DNA of 64,000 bases from Anthoceros angustus (lineage: Eukaryota > Plantae > Anthocerotophyta): assembly GCA_010909165.1 (NCBI GenBank), contig MU008175.1, positions 597,305 to 661,304 of the forward strand, given 5' to 3'. The notes below the pieces were generated by a model. The model had not been told where the DNA came from and made no database searches. It saw only the letters and a program-made list of their open reading frames with translations. The first letter of the stretch is position 1. Each line of letters starts with the position of its first letter. Below, one piece after another: positions 1 to 12,296 of the stretch. The translations under genes and the position numbers were made by a program.

Positions 1-463
1 CCACCGCAAAAGCATGCAGGCGACGACCCAGAACAAGATCCTTCTGGACAACACATTTCTTCAGGACAGTATAAAACAGAGATCTGGAAACACGACCATC
101 TGTCTGCACCAGAACTCCCAGAGCCTCAACACCCTCAGTCACATGACCCTGATCACACAGCTCGCGCACGGTTTCAGCCGATACGCCCCTTTCATATCCT
201 GCGGGCCTGCAAGGGGTAGGATCATCCGGCAAGCTCCACCTGGATTTAGAATCACCAGGACCTATCGCCCACCAAGGTATTGGGTCCCAAGACACTTGTG
301 GCCGGGAAGGCCCGTCCCCAGCCAGGCATGCTCTTCCACGGGCAGGCTTTCTTGCAACGGTGCTGCACCTGGCTGTTCGATGCTTTGCCAGTGGCTGGTT
401 TCTGAACATCAGGTAAGCTGGAGCTCTTCCTACGATTCCTGATACCAAGCTCCAGCCAACCAT
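1..463 (-). CDS. 5' part of a PLS-class pentatricopeptide repeat (PPR) protein; runs off the window start
   Basis: Manual translation: the frame is open from ATG at 463 to base 1 and ends ...VRELCDQGHVTEGVEALGVLVQTDGRVSRSLFYTVLKKCVVQKDLVLGRRLHAFAV, the typical first P/L motifs of PLS PPRs. Absent from the ORF track because it has no stop in the window; start codon uncertain. Confidence 0.75.
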   Translation of the reverse strand, partial: MVGWSLVSGIVGRAPAYLMFRNQPLAKHRTARCSTVARKPARGRACLAGDGPSRPQVSWDPIPWWAIGPGDSKSRWSLPDDPTPCRPAGYERGVSAETVRELCDQGHVTEGVEALGVLVQTDGRVSRSLFYTVLKKCVVQKDLVLGRRLHAFAV

Positions 464-1161
464 GGCTCGCTGGAGCACGTCCCGGGGGACCGACAGGAGT
501 ACGATCTCAGCATGGCGAGAGCTGCAGCCTGCGTCTGCAAGCCTAAATTTGGACAGGCTCACTGCAGCATCGTGAGCACTGACACCGTTGTTGGTGGCCC
601 AAGGTTGGTTGAAACTGCCAGGATTCTTTCAGTGAACTTGAACATCTCTCAGCACCTGAGGCCATCTCCAGTTGGAGCGACTGGAGATGGCCCTATGTCA
701 ATTCATCTCTGTTCACCATGCATACTGCAAATGATTTACACTGACAGGCAGCATAGAACGAACTGTCGGAACAAGATAGCCTCGTGGACCCTGTTTTGGC
801 CATTACACTGGGAAGAACAGATTACACTCGTCTGGGACGCATAGCCCCGTTGTGCCCTGACGAGGCCCCCATTAAAGTCGATGGTCATCATACAAGCCAA
901 TCGAGAGATACCCATGCTAATGTGAGTAAATACCCGTGTATGTAAATACGAAGTTTTCTCAACTGGCTGGGCTAGAATTTTTAAAAGCCGAACGGATGAA
1001 TGAAATGGTGAGCCGTTCTGTTTGAGCTGTGATTTGTTCCCAAGATAGTGATCCGGGCACCCAGCTTAGGCAAAACATGAGCTGCCTTTTTTTACGAAGA
1101 ATTAAGCCAAGGCTAGATCCTAGGTATGACAAGAAATCATGTTAAGGTTGTGGGTATTCTG

Positions 1162-1213
1162 GGGTTAAGGATACATGGAAAGTAGGGTTAAGGATACATG
1201 GAAAGTAGGGTTA
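1162..1213. repeat. 23-bp tandem duplication (gggttaaggatacatggaaagta x2)
   Basis: Directly visible. Confidence 0.85.
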
Positions 1214-1806
1214 CAGATGCAAAGCATAGCAAAGCAAACTTAGGTGCTGTTTTCTTTCTGGCGGTAGGGATGCAGTTAGAGATCCAAGATTTATTAGATG
1301 TTGGATGAGATTTTCGATAAGACATTCTGGAACATAGTTCGCCAACTCACCGCGCCCTTCCTAATATACGGCTTTTCACGATGCATATATTGGTGTGGAT
1401 AGAATCACCCATTTCGTTTTATATAAAGATTCCTTGTCTATTTGTAAAAGAAAAGATATTAAAATATCTTAAAACTTTGTAAGCCTTAGAAATACCTGAG
1501 TCCATTACTTTCATTTTCTCGAAGATTGTTCACAAATATCTTTTATTTTCTACTATTTATTTTACGTTTTATTCTCTCAAAACTTCTTACTACTTTGGAT
1601 AGTTAATGCATTATGCTGAACATTCATAAAGGTTGATGAGGATTTAGACAGTTTGAGGTTTGAAATAATAGAAATTGTAAGTCAAGTACAAATGGGAATG
1701 TATGATACATTTTGAATAGTATTTCTCAAGCTCATGCTGTAGATCTTATACTCTCATAGGGCCATTCACCAATCAACATTGTTTGAGAGACACTCATGAA
1801 AACAAC

Positions 1807-2456
1807 ATGAAAGGCAACAATCGTTGTTATCAACATATGAATCTCATGATGGTATCAGTGTTAGTTATTATCACCAAACTTCATTTTGCAGAAGGTAATT
1901 AATTTGTGTTTTAGTATGAATACGTTTCAAGGTCCCATGTGATCTTGTGTTCACTTGTGTTTAGCTCCTGTACCTATCATAAATTTGACTGATTAAGAGG
2001 TTATATGCTTAGCACTTGACTAATTAATAAGCTACATGCCTAACATGGTTCAATGTGAAACTACATTAGACTGACAAAGTATTGAATTCAAGCACAGTAA
2101 TTGACTCCTTCAAGATTGCAGGTGAATGTAACGTGTACCCATATACTATCATGCGAGGTATACCTCAAGCTGATACCACTACTCATAGCTTAGTTCAATG
2201 TAATGAGTTTTGCAACAAAGAACAATGCCTAGTATTTACCTTCAACAAAGAAGGTTCATGTATATTATTTCCGAGTATTTCTTCTGACCCACAACGTGAT
2301 GACATAACAACAACTGTTACTAAGATAGGTAAGTATCAGTTGAACAAGAAAGCCTTGAATATGTTCGTGCAATTGTTTGAAATCACCTAGTGTATTGATC
2401 TGCTCTAACTTTTTGTAGATCCAAATGACACTTGCGTAACATGGAAGGTGTTTTGA
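1807..2456 (+). CDS. Small secreted Cys-rich protein with a single PAN/Apple-like domain, paralog 1 (exons 1807-1894, 2122-2328, 2419-2456; 110 aa)
   Basis: GT-AG phase-1 introns; hydrophobic exon 1 (LMMVSVLVIITKLHFAEG); mature ECNVYP...CNEFCNKEQCLVFTFNKEGSCILF...DTCVTWKVF* with C-x23-C-x3-C-x4-C-x10-C-x27-C. Structure is shared with two paralogs. Confidence 0.85.
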
Positions 2457-3217
2457 AAGAAACAAAGTATGAATAAAAATCTTCTATTACTAGTAATTTG
2501 TACAAAATAAATAGAGAGATTAATTATGTATTAGTCCTTCAAAATATTTCCTAATGCACGTTTTAGTAGAGTTATATATTATCATGCATCTAAATAAATA
2601 TAAAATATATACTATAATAATTAACATCAATTTAAATATACATCAGTTTCTTTTGCTCCTATGATAAATAAAGAGACTAAAAACATGATATAACATTATA
2701 AATCTTACAATTCAAAAAATTTTATATAAAGCATTTCCTAAATTGTAGACAGAAGTTCGGATATTTAATTTTGAGACGTATAATTAAAATATTTAATTTA
2801 ATATCTTAATATTTTTATTTTTATTATTCTAGAATCTAACTTTTTTCCGTTTTAGACTACTTTGTGCTTTATGAACTTGGATTGGAGTGCAATAGAAAGC
2901 AACAAATTAGAGTTATACGAGTTCGAGATAACTTCTCGATTGTATACTAGCCAAATTAAAAGAATGAGTGTTGAAGTATATTCTTTGTGCTGATAGTAAT
3001 AGCTTAAAGGGAATTTCTAGTTTTACATTATCTAAGCATCTTTTTCAGATATCGATCTAGATATTTTCTACAAAAATGGGTTCATCCCGTCTCATCTCTA
3101 CGTGTACAATAAAACGGTAGGACTCTATTTAGACGACATTTCATTCACTCATGTGATATTGTTTGCAGGATAATTGAATAGATTATTTAACTCAATTTTA
3201 TATCATTACCAACCAAT

Positions 3218-3767
3218 ATGAAAGAATGTCGAAGTAGTGATCACATAAAGTTTGGAGTTAAACAAGCTTTAATTTTTTTTATTATTATATCATATGCAAA
3301 ACGTTTACAAGGTAGCTTTTAATAACAATGAATATGATTAATCTACTAGAAACTATAAGATTTTAAACTCAATCCATCATGTAAACAAAAATAAGAGCGA
3401 ATAACTTGTATGTTGGATGATCAATGCAGGGGAATGTAATGTATATTTATACACGACAATGACTGGTATTCCTAGTTCAAGTGCTTGGACGGATACTATA
3501 AAAAGATGTAATGAATTTTGTCATGAATATCAGTGTCTAGTATACACATTTAACTCCTTCGGCACTTGCATTGTCTTTGATCAAATTTCATCTGTCCCTG
3601 AAAAAGATCCTAATACAACTACTGTAACAAAACTTGGTAAGTATTCTTCCGCATTAGCACAATTAAATTACATTGAATATTGATGGAATGTTCATGCGTA
3701 ATAATCGATAATTACATATCATATTGTAGACTATCACGACCTTTGTTCAGTATGGAAACTCTATTAA
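3218..3767 (+). CDS. Small secreted PAN/Apple-like protein, paralog 2 (exons 3218-3311, 3430-3636, 3730-3767; 112 aa)
   Basis: Same exon 2 (207 nt) and exon 3 (38 nt) lengths and intron phases as paralog 1; signal-like QALIFFIIISYAKRLQG; same six Cys; ends DLCSVWKLY*. Confidence 0.85.
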
Positions 3768-4581
3768 AAGAAACGCGCACTTGTTTTGGGAATATTTGAA
3801 GCTCTTGAGTTTTACAACTTAAACACGGGTAAATAGTTTTTCCATATAAGTATATACACCTATGTATGATTTAAATCAATCTCTTCAAATGACCGTTCAT
3901 TAACTTTTACTTTTTGTATTGTATACTTGGAACTTTTTGAAATATAGTTTTTGCTAAAAATAGGAGAGAGGTCCAAGTCTTCATATCTATTTCCATCAAA
4001 AAATGAGCCTCACATTTGAAATCTCCAAAAAGGAAGCTCATATGGCTGTTGTCCTCAAGAACACAAACACAACAATTACATATGTTGTCATGCCTTCTTG
4101 TCCTTCCAACCTATAATCTCTCTAAAAACTCGACGTCAACCAACATCGTTGCAAAAAAGCAACAATATACCACAATCCATGAGCACATTAATTTATCCAA
4201 GAATTCCTTTTATGCTACAATATTTTAATTATTTATTTTATGTCACTTGGAAATGTGTTTTCTTGTTTTGGACCAATAAGTTCCTCACATATTGGATTCT
4301 ATTGATAGAAACCATATTCTAGTGCAAATACTCAACTGAAATATGCTATTTTGAATAAAATAACTCTACGGAATTTTTGAATATTTTTGAAAATGTAAGT
4401 CCTTCTCACTTGAAGGTTTTATGAACCGTCATTTGCAAATTTTCTTGGAACAAGATCTTTTAACAGTATTGCGAGCTTGAAAACGGTGAAACTGATTACT
4501 AGTTCAATCTTCATCTCTTGATCAATTTGAAACCCATCCATTGTGGAATAAGAAGACATTGCAATTCGATTTGACTTATCT

Positions 4582-5089
4582 ATGACGATTTGGCATGGTT
4601 CCATAACAATCATTGTCTTTTTTACTTTTTTATTTCCTTTAATAAAAGGTAACTATGATCAATTTTACATTCTTTTTATGAATTACAAATGGAACTCTTG
4701 CGCTTATATATTGTTAATTGGCAGGTGATTGTACCTTATATCCTTTCAAAGAGATGGATGGGGTCTCTGATGGAGAATACGTCACCTCAGATATTGGTTC
4801 TTGTAATCGAGCTTGTAAGCAAACCGGTTGTTTGGTGTTCAAATACTACTCAGGAGGAGCTTGCATTGTGTATTCAGCAATCTCTTCCGCTCCAGTATCT
4901 AAGGACCATGTAGTACTAGTGACAAAATCCGGTAAGCTTTTCTTCTTTTTTTTCATTCGTTCATTAAATAGAAAAATATTAATTCATAAATTTATTGTAT
5001 TCATAAAGTATATATCTATGTTCTGACATATATCTATTTATCTGTCTACAGATGATATGGACGATTGCAATGTATGGAAAGTCATGTGA
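4582..5089 (+). CDS. Small secreted PAN/Apple-like protein, paralog 3 (exons 4582-4648, 4725-4931, 5052-5089; 103 aa)
   Basis: Signal-like MTIWHGSITIIVFFTFLFPLIKG; same exon 2/3 lengths and Cys spacing; ends DDCNVWKVM*. Confidence 0.85.
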
Positions 5090-5563
5090 AGAAATAGATA
5101 GAGAAATTGAGGAAACAATGGACAAAATATAAACCTAGAACATATATTTGAGAGTAAAGTCCTATCTATATATTTGCAAAACATAAACCTCAAACATACA
5201 TTTGATAAAATAGTTCAACTCTTCTGAAAAAACATGAAGCTCCACAGGTCTACCAAAAGTGGAGGGAGACCTTGATGAATTATTGCAAGTGTAAACACAA
5301 CTCAACCTGCCACTTTCGTGGCAGGTTAAGAATCACGCCAAATCTTAGCGTTCCTTGTATTGTCATGTTCTTGAGTTAACATTGAAGAACTCTCTCCAAG
5401 AAATGGTTATCTCATAGAAGATATGCATAGGTGATTGTTCTCTTATAGGTTATCTATTCTGGTCTTTGGGTTTGTTTATGGTGAAGCAAAAGAACCCTTC
5501 ACCCAAAGATTAAACTAGATAGATTGTCTAAAAGTAGTCCAATGGAGTGTCTAAAAGGAATAC

Positions 5564-5773
5564 TGTAATGGTCATGGGGCTAGGTTGAGCGGACCTACAC
5601 CCGGGAACGGTTCCACGCAAAGAAGATGTTTTGCTTAAGTTGAGCCGCGGGCTTTATACAAGGAAAAGACACAATCACGGGCCCTGATTGCGCCGTCTAC
5701 TTGGCGCGTATCCTTCGGCCCGTGATTCTAGTTACTATGCTTTCCCGACACGCTTAGGTCATGGGTCGTGACA
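5564..5773 (-). repeat. 3' LTR of the Gypsy element
   Basis: tgtaatgg...tcgtgaca, near-identical to 12815-13028. Confidence 0.93.
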
Positions 5774-6927
5774 ACTCACCTCGGGGGGAAGAAGAAGCTT
5801 CGACCACGAAGGGAGGAAGTGGAAGGCGGTGTTGGTGAAGGTACGGTCGCAAGATATCGGGAGCGTTCGTGAGGTGAGCCAAGGGTTCCCAGGTGGCATC
5901 GGTGAGGGGATACCCCTTCCACAGGACCAAGAATTGGTAGCGACGACGCACAAGGCGATGACGTAAAATAGCCTCGACTTCGAATTCGGGCCCAGGCGGT
6001 GGGAATGGGGGCGGGGCGGGGGCGAGGGGGGTACGAAAGGGTTTGAGAGAGAGACGTGAAAAAGGGATGCAGGTGGGGAGGGAGGCGAGCTCAAAAGCAT
6101 GAGGGCCAATCGGCAAGGATCCGTAGGGACCTAGGCAGGGAGGCTTGCGAACACCAAGAGAGGGGAAGGTGAGGCAGGCGAGAACATACATCGGCACATG
6201 AAGGAGTGCGGCGGTGACAATTGGCACAGCACGCCGGTGGGCTTCAGGCGCGCTGAGCTGTTGAATGGTGAGGCGGCGAGCCAGGAACTCTGTAGCAGTG
6301 GGGATAGCAGGGTGAGCGGGGAGGGAGGTGGAGAGACAGGTGCGTGGATGAAAGCCTTTGTTGAAGAGGAACGGGTAGACACCAATAGAGCTGTTGGGGG
6401 CGTTATTGTAGGCAAACTCCGCAAAGTGCAAGTAGGTGGCCCATTGGTCCTGGTGAGTGCCAGCATATGCCCGCAACATATCCTCAAGAACCTGATTGGC
6501 CTGTTCTGTGGCCCCGTCGGTCTGGGGGTGGAAGGCTGTGGAAAAACAGAGCTTAGTGTGAAGTCCCGCATGTAAAGCCTGCCAGAACCTGGACGTGAAG
6601 CGAGGGTCGCGATCACTTACAATAGAGCGGGGTAAGCCATGCGCACGATAGACAACCTTAAGGAAGATATCGGCAGTCTGCTCCGCGGTACAGGTATCCT
6701 GCGTAGGATGAAGAAGAACGTGGCGAGTGAGCTTATCGGTGAAAACAATAATAGCATTGAAGCCTTCGACAGTCCGCGGAAGACTGGTGATGAAATCAAG
6801 TGTCACCTGCTCCCAAGGCATCAAAGACTGGTAAGGGTTGGAGAAGGTCGGCAGGTACTTGCCTCGAAGGTTTGTTATGCTGACAAGCTGAGCATAAAGT
6901 GACGTAGTCAACAGTGTTTCTCAGCAT
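5754..6927 (-). pseudogene. Integrase core plus chromodomain of the Gypsy element
   Basis: PWEQVTLDFITSLP...IVSDRDPRFTS...HPQTDGATE; chromodomain EFEVEAILRHR...QFLVLWKGYPLTDATWEP; frameshifts present. Confidence 0.9.
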
Positions 6928-9158
6928 AGGGGTTTGTCTCCGAACCCCATTTTGGCCCCAACCATACAGAAATGCACATGTCTCATTTCACTTTTTGATT
7001 TGCGAACCCAGCCATGCATCCGAGCCCAAAGAAGACCTAATGCCCGTCCGTCACAAATGACGGACACACCTTTGTACCAAGTGGGGATGGTGGCGCACTT
7101 ATGCTCCAAAGAGCTGGAGTGCACGTCCCGGCACTTATACTCAAAGAGGTGCAATACACGGGTTTGGAGAGGGTTGCGTCAATACTTGTGTAGGCAAGCA
7201 CTTTCGTTCAAGTTGCTTGTGCACACTTGCTACCGCACCAACACTCACATCAATTCTCTTTTCAAACCCGTGATTCGAGCAATCCGCACGGTGGCATACC
7301 TCGACTGGCCCCTCTGTCGGAGATAAGCCCTTAGATCTGCGGCATTGGGCCCGGCAGAATTGGACAAGGTAAAGGATGGTGAGGCCTCCTCAACCGTTCT
7401 TGATCAAACTCTTGAGCTTACATTTCTTCTTGTCAAGTCCGTCGCTTTCAACCTTAATCTATCCATGGGTGGCACATGGAGCAAGTCGATCTTAAATTCA
7501 AAATCTCCTGGCGAGCTTGGCTATAGTTCTCTGAACACCTAGCGCCCGCAGTGCGTCACGGTGGGTATAGACAGGTCCTCCTTGAGCCTCACTAAATACT
7601 CGCCATTTGGTCAAAACCCCATTTCGGGCGACCCTCTTTCTTCGATACTCTGGCTCTCACTAGGGCTCGGTGGCAGCAGATGCTCTCTTATGCTTGTGTT
7701 TCTACATCCGAGGCTTTCATTACTCAAGGAAAAATCATCTATTCTATTTATTTTCTTGCTTCTCGCAAAACATTGTGAAACATTGTCGTCTTCAAAAGGT
7801 TGGCCATTAGAAACCACCATCATACATGTCGAATTTTGGAAAATGTAGCTCATCTAGAAACCAAGGCCTATGCATCTACGTGCATCAAACTCGAATGAGC
7901 GGACATTTGGCGCACCAATCAAAAGAGATCCATTGCAAGTCATCGGAAGGGCACATAGAGTAAGGCCAAAAGGTTTTACATGTTGTATACAAAGCGAATG
8001 TGGGAATATAACATCAACCAACAAATGATTTTCAAAATAATATTCATGACTTTACTAGATACCGGATGATTTACAAATTTTTCAAACCACTAAAATCAAC
8101 ACTCCATCCTAGTATTGATACCTCTAGGTTGCTTAAGATGGAGTTGTTACAAAGTTTTCAAAGCGCCAAAAAAAGCAAACCATCCTAGTTCTAATCCAAC
8201 CCAAGAGTGCATAACCAGTTCTCAAAGCACCAAAGTCAAGCACCCCATCCAGTACTGATCCGAGGGGCTTAACCTTGAGTTCTTATGCCATTGAGTCTAT
8301 GCACCTATCCGATGTTTCTACAAGACAAACAATAAATATACATGGGACGTCCGGCGCATCCACTCCACCATTTCCATCTCGCGGACGCCCACAAGATTGG
8401 GGTCTCTCTCTCAATCGCCGGACGTCCGTAGAGCTCCAATGTGCGACGTCCGGCGCATTGTTCCAATTCCTTCTATGTTTTCACTCTTTTCACTCTGGAG
8501 ATCCGGGGTTGTGTACTCAATGCACGACGTCGGCGCTACTTTTAGAGTCGTAGTTTGGTCCTCTCGAGATGGCCATGATCGCTATCGGTTAATGTTCTCT
8601 CACAATTCGCGGACGTCCGGCGCGACTCGCCAATGTGCGAGCGTCCGCATTGCTCCAATTCCCTGTTTTCACTCTTTTCACTCTAACAATGGAGATCCGG
8701 GGTTGTGTACTCACGTGCAGGGCGTCAGCGCTACTTTCTAGAGTCGTAGTTTGGTCCTCTCGAGATGGCCATGATCGCTATCGGTTAATGTTCTCTCACA
8801 ATTGCGGACGTCCGTGTGGTTGCTCTTTTACTGCAATTGCTACTTTTGCGTGTTGGTTGCGGACGTCCGTAGCAGTTTCTCTTGGACTAATTTTGTTTGG
8901 TTTTGCTCACCTCACGCTAGGAAGTACTATCGCTGAAGAGGTGTTTAGGATTCCTAGCACCTATTAAAATCCTTGAAATCCCTTCCTTGTGAAGGTGAAA
9001 TCCATGAACCTTCTTGGCTTCAACCTATTAGCGTAAGTATTCACGAGAAAATAACATGGTCAATGTCTTTCTTTACATGTCTAAAGAGTGGTTTTGCTAA
9101 AGATGATGCATTTGGCCCGTTTTGGGGTCATTTTGGTCTTTAGGGACCCAAACCCCTT
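6928..9158. mobile_element. Non-coding insertion inside the integrase gene, probably a non-autonomous DNA transposon
   Basis: Splits the integrase zinc-binding region; ends carry a short inverted repeat aggggtttg...caaacccct; contains internal repeats and no recognisable protein. No TSD identified. Confidence 0.55.
8410..8813. repeat. ~200-bp imperfect tandem duplication with recurring GGACGTCC motifs
   Basis: tagagtcgtagtttggtcctctcgagatggccatgatcgctatcggttaatgttctctcacaatt occurs twice. Confidence 0.85.
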
Positions 9159-9551
9159 TAATGGAGAATAACCCTATCTTTGAGACACCTGTCGCCGGAC
9201 ATCGTTGAGCTGGGCCAAAAGTAGGAATTGAGCAGGCGGTGGTCTTGAACACCTTGATGTCCGGCGGTGTGAGCCTCCTCAATGTTTTGGCGATGGATAT
9301 GTGGCAATTGGGGGACAAATAAGCGCTGCTTGTACCGATAAACCATCCAGTTGCCAATCCAGCGAGCCCTCTGCGGATAGCCTTGTGTCTTTGTCAGTGT
9401 GATCTACGCTAAGGGCCTCACGAATCTCCGCTTGCCAGGGTGGCTGGACCTGTACCTCAGTGACAAGAGTATTAGTCTGCAATCGACTAAGGGCATCATC
9501 AGCCTGATTCTGCCGCTCTTTTACATAACGGATAGTATACTGATACTGTTG

Positions 9552-12296
9552 CTAGAACTCAAGCCACCGGGCCTGCTTGCGAGAGAGATGCTGTTGTGTC
9601 TGTAAGTAGAAAAGGGGGCAATGATCTGTCTCGAGGTGAAAAGCTACCCCCTCAAGAAAACAACGCCAGTTTTTTAATGCAAGTACCTGGGCCAGCGTCT
9701 CCTTTTCCCTTGTCGTCCAATTTAGTTCAGCGCCCTTAAGCTTCCGCGAGAAGTAGGCCACAGGCTGCCTGCCCGCTCCTTGGTCCTGCTGTAGAATGGC
9801 CCCTGTCGGATGCGTGGTAGCGATAAATGGCACGGACGGGTCAGGGTATGCAAGGACGGGAGCGGTGGTGAGTGCCGGCAGTGGCGGCCTCCTATTCAGC
9901 CCACGCCATACCACCTAACGCAATAAAGCGACTATCTTAGCGAAACCCATGATAAATTTTCTATAATAAGATGTGAGGCCAAGAAAACTTTGCACATCAC
10001 GAGTTTGTGATGGAGTGGGCCATTCTCGGACCACCTGTACCTTAGTTGGGTCGACCCGAATGCCGGTTTCGTCAACAATGTGCCCAAGATACTCTACCTG
10101 TCGCTGTAGTATCTCGCACTTCGGGGCTTGGACATACAGTTGATGCTTCCTGAGCCGTGACAAGGCCTCGCATAGGTTCTTATCGTGCTCCGCCTTATCC
10201 CTACCATAAACCAGTATGTCATCAAGGTAGACCAAAATACCTTTGTTGATCAGGCCATGAAAAACATCGTTCATGAGCGTTTGAAATGATGCAGGGGCGT
10301 CTGTCATGCCAAACGACATAACAAGCCACTCATAGTGGCCATACCTGGTATTAAAGGCCGTCTTCTCTTCATCTCCAGCAGCAATCTTGATCTGGTGATA
10401 GCCACTAGCTAAGTCCAATTTTGAGAAGGAGCGGGCCCCTGCCAGTCCCTCCAATAGTTCGTCAATCCGAGGAAGAGGAAATGTATTCTTCTTAGTGAGG
10501 TTGTTCAACCCCCGATAGCCAATACACATACGCAACTTACCGTTCTTCTTATGCAAAAACAAGATGGGTGCCCCATATGGCGATTTGGAAGGTCTTATGT
10601 AGCCTTTGCATAGCAGTTCTTCCACCTGCAGGGTTGACTCCTCAATTTCCAACGGGGACATCCTGTATACTGGTCGATAGGGGGGTTTATGAAATCCTGG
10701 CACAAGCTCAATCCGATGGTCAACACTCCTGGATGGTGGCAACCCCTCAGGCAGGGTGTTGACAAGGACGTCCTGAAAATCAGTCATGATTTTAGTAATC
10801 CCAGCATCACCTTCAGGGGCAACAAGCTTGTCGGGTCATGTAGGGCAGAGCCTCTCCTTGATGACAAACAAGGTCATGACGCGCCCTCCCCTTTTCCTGA
10901 TGCTCCTCCGCATGCTCGTGGTCGAGACCTTCTGAAACCTAATCTTACTACCGTTGCGAAGTTGCTCCCCCCTTACAGTGTATCGCTTTCCCTGTAGCAC
11001 AAGAGACAACTCGTGTTGAGGCCAGGTGATGGCTGGATTGCGGTCTTCGAGCCAAGGCATGCCTAAAATGGCATCGTGTCCATTCCCCAATTCTGTTATG
11101 ATGAAGCTCACCCTTTCGCAGTATGCTCCCATCCGTAAGTTTACGGGGCGGCTGTGCGTAGCTCTCCCTTGTAGCTGGCCATTAGCTAACTGCACAGCCC
11201 CACAGGCTTGCCCAATATCTAGGCACGCCCTCCTTGCAAAACAACGGGACAAGAAATTAGTACTCGCACCGCAATCGATTAAGATTCGGCAAGGTATCCC
11301 GTTGACATGGCCTTGCATGAATAGCGCGTCTCGAGGCTTGATGCTTTTTTTCGATGCGACGGTGCTGCTCCGACCCAACATGCGACCCTACTGCTGGGGC
11401 CCGTTTCACGATGATGCGGCAGGCGTCACTTTGCAAAGTTCACTTCCATTACCTCCTCCTGCCGTACGCCTTCCTCCCACGTCCGACTCCTCGTGCGGGA
11501 AGTGCATGGTAGTCGCGGGTGCGATGCCCCCGCGTATAGCCTTGGAATGCCTGACCGCCGAGGCTCCATCGGAGTGGCCTCCCCCTACCCGGCTCCGAAC
11601 GTCTTAGTTGGCTTGTACCAGCCTTTAAACTCTTGATACAGTGCGTCGGACTGCTGGGCAGTCGTGACGGCCTCCTCAAATGTCTTGCACTTGGCGTGCA
11701 TCACCACATCCTTCCGCACAGCATGCTTTAACCCACGGGAGTACCGGTCCAACTTCTCTTCGTCCATCATCCCAAGGATACTCATTACCAGCTGTCGAAA
11801 CTCGGTGGTATAGGCTGCCACAGTGGTGCGCTACTGCAGGCATGTGAGCTTCTCCCTGGCGACCTGTCGTTCCTCGGCGAGCAGAACGAACTCACGCACC
11901 ATCACAGCAGAACTCGGCGAGCTTGTAGGTCGATTGCCTCCCGCGTGTCGCGCATCTAGAATTGACCCACCCACCATAGTAGGGCAGCTCCCTTAAGAAA
12001 CGTGGCTGCTACCCTCACATACTGCTGAGGGTCCGTGCCGCTGAGTTCTAGATAGGCTTGCACCTGGTGCACCCACAATTCAACCTCTGTTGCATCTCCC
12101 ATCCCCTTGAGGTGCCCGGCTTAGACACCTTGGATCCTACGTTAGCCACTTGCGTGGGCCGTTGGCTGACCTCCACCTCCAGCTGGGCCACCCTCGCGTT
12201 GCTCTCCGCGCACTGACGCTCCATCTGCCTCATTTGTTGGTGTGCCTCATTCAAGAGTCGCGCGAGCTGGGCAGCATCCAGCGTGCCCTCACCCAT
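9552..12296 (-). pseudogene. gag-protease-RT-RNase H of the Gypsy element (disrupted)
   Basis: ORF fragments carry gag (YTTEFRQLV...LDRYSRGLK), DCGA protease, RT (SPYGAPILF, FPLPRIDELL, YLDD) and RNase H (PVAYFSRKL, ETDH) motifs. Confidence 0.92.

Noticed and set aside
14-844. Plus-strand ORFs 14-442 and 512-844
   Set aside because: No recognisable motifs; antisense to the PPR gene and its upstream region.
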